This document shows, piece by piece, positions 62,247 to 64,000 of a stretch of DNA of 64,000 nucleotides. Both the position numbers and the translations under genes were made by a program. Where the stretch lies: the NCBI GenBank assembly GCA_002269645.1, contig NIVC01000073.1, forward strand, positions 310,001 through 374,000, given 5' to 3'. How positions within the stretch are numbered: the stretch's first letter is position 1; the number at the start of each line of letters is the position of its first letter. The notes beneath the pieces were generated by a model. That model had not been told where the DNA came from, searched no databases, and saw only the letters and a list, made by a program, of their open reading frames with translations. The stretch comes from Macrostomum lignano. Taxonomy: Eukaryota.

Positions 62247-63598
62247 TGTGAAACTGGCGATACACCAACAAACCATGCTGACCCAGGGCATGGAGACCAT
62301 GCGCAGGTTGATCAACAATTTCACCGTGGCGTTCAGCGGCAAAACCCGGCCTGGCTTCGGGCATATTCTTGTCGGCGAGCCGTTGCCATGCGTGCAGAGC
62401 GACAAGCTGAGGTGCCGCTTGGCGCCGACCGGGAGGCACGCAGTTCGGGTCGCGGCTGGTTTGGCAGCAACACAGACTGGTGAGTTGATGTGGCGCCGAT
62501 ACGTCTGCAGCAGCTGTAGCTGCAGCTGGCGCCTCTGGTGCGGCGCCTCTGGTGCTGGCGCCTCTGGTGCTGGCGCCTCTGGTGCTGGCGCCTCTGGTGC
62601 TGGCGCCTCTGGTGCTGGCGCCTCTGGTGCTGGCGCCTCTGGTGCTGGCGCCTCTGGTGCTGGCGCCTCTGGTGCTGGCGCCTCTGGTGCTGGCGCCTCT
62701 GGTGCTGGCGCCTCTGGTGCTGGCGCCTCTGGTGCTGGCGCCTCTGGTGCTGGCGCCTCTGGTGCTGGCGCCTCTGGTGCTGGCGCCTCTGGTGCTGGCG
62801 CCTCTGGTGCTGGCGCCTCTGGTGCTGGCGCCTCTGGTGCTGGCGCCTCTGGTGCTGGCGCCTCTGGTGCTGGCGCACGAAAATTGGCCAGGTGAGTTGT
62901 CAGTACGATTCTCAGCCATGAGGGCCAACCCCCAAGGCACAGACAGTGTGGATCCCTGACCGATTAGAGAGTCGAAGGTCCGCTTTACACCCTTTGTGAG
63001 CGTGTGTGTGAGTGCGTTTCTGTGTACAGTATTGGCTGGTTGTGTGGGACGATGTCGCATTTTCACTGATAAAGCTCAGACTCAGAATTCAGAAACTCCC
63101 TACTAGTAGCGCTGCTGAGAACCTCAACCACTCCATCCAGGCGACCTGGTGATCTCAGACGCCGGCAGTCACCGAGTCCTTATCGTCACTCCGGTCGGCG
63201 ACGTTCGACTCGCTTTCGGCGAACCGGGCGACTCCGACTGGAACTTGAACGCACCCTCGGGAGTCGCCGTGATCAGCGACGGCAGCGTGGCTGTGGTGGA
63301 CACCATCCATGCTCAGCTCAAGCTGTTCAGCAGCGAGAACGGCGAGTTCCTGAGGCTGATCAACCAGTCCGTCAGCCTATTTCGCGAACCTCGAGGCGTT
63401 GCGGCTACTCAAAACGATTATTACCTGATTGCGGATGCTGGGCAGCACTGCGTCTTCATCCTGTGGCCCAGCGGTGCCCTCAGAAACCGGATCGGCCAGC
63501 TGGGCTCCGGGCCGGGCGACTTGAACCGACCGGAGGGTCTGGCGGTGACGCTGGACAGACGGATTCTGGTGACTGACAGGGGCAACTACAGCGTCAAG
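62247..63598 (+). CDS. partial NHL-repeat protein (TRIM-NHL-like propeller); exons 62247-62479 and 63141-63598, continuing beyond the window
   Basis: Phase-1 GT-AG intron joins AAGLAATQT-G-DLVISDAGSHRVLI; further blades NAPSGVAV..DGSVAVVD, FREPRGVA...YLIADAGQHCV, LNRPEGLAVTLDRRILVTDRGNY; donor at 63599. Confidence 0.85.
62525..62876. repeat. perfect 15-bp repeat (ctggtgctggcgcct)n in the NHL-gene intron
   Basis: Direct reading; produces the GASGA, LAPLV and RRQHQ ORFs. Confidence 0.97.
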
Positions 63599-63649
63599 GT
63601 GGACTGCTTGCAAAGTTCAGGCATCCTTTACTCAAAGCCTGAAGGGAAA

Positions 63650-64000
63650 GATGAGAGGGGAGAGAGGAGAGGGGAGAGAGGAGAGGGCAGAGAGGAGAGG
63701 GGAGAGAGGAGAGGGGAGAGAGGAGAGGGGAGAGAGGAGAAGGGAGAGAGAAGAGGGGAGAGAGGAGAAAGGAGAGAGGAGAGGGGAGAGAGGAGAGAGA
63801 GGAGAGGAGAGGAAAGAGAGGAGAGGAGAGAGAGGAGAGGAGAGAGAGGAGAGGGGAGAGAGGAAAGGAGAGGGTAGAGAGGAGAGGGTAGAGAGGAGAG
63901 GAGAGAGAGGAGAGGAGAGAGAGGAGAGAAGAGAGAGGAGAGGAGAGAGGAGAGGAGAGGGGAGAGAGGAGAAGGGAGAGAGGAGAGGGGAGAGAGGAGA
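63650..64000. repeat. GA-rich low-complexity intronic tract
   Basis: Direct reading. Confidence 0.9.

Noticed and set aside
62248-62959. GASGA elastomeric-like, LAPLV and RRQHQ repeat proteins
   Set aside because: The 15-bp array lies inside a GT-AG intron whose removal restores a continuous NHL blade.

Overview
Eukaryotic (animal) genomic DNA with spliceosomal introns. GC-rich exons, poly-Q tracts and minisatellite-filled introns resemble the flatworm Macrostomum lignano (inference, not verified). Nine gene models are supported: a 3'-truncated GH47 alpha-1,2-mannosidase, a DEG/ENaC channel, an unrecognised 10-exon ~997-aa protein, cytosolic seryl-tRNA synthetase, a single-exon NHL beta-propeller, an otopetrin, a single-ORF BAIAP3/Munc13-4-like protein, PINX1, and a partial NHL-repeat gene. 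By eye, roughly a quarter of the window is tandem repeat, and most long ORFs in the supplied track are repeat artefacts. The most unusual sites are: (1) a decayed, intron-containing Crypton-type tyrosine recombinase with lox-like palindromes and nested fold-back/MITE insertions at 3.45-5.65 kb, where the GH47 gene breaks off; (2) a GC-AG intron in the ENaC gene holding 11 tandem decoy copies of its own splice acceptor; (3) a GMC instead of GxS selectivity motif in that channel; (4) about a dozen copies each of TACATGTA and TAGGCCTA, which look like transposon excision footprints. No CRISPR array, rRNA or true tRNA gene was seen. All coordinates and counts were read by eye.
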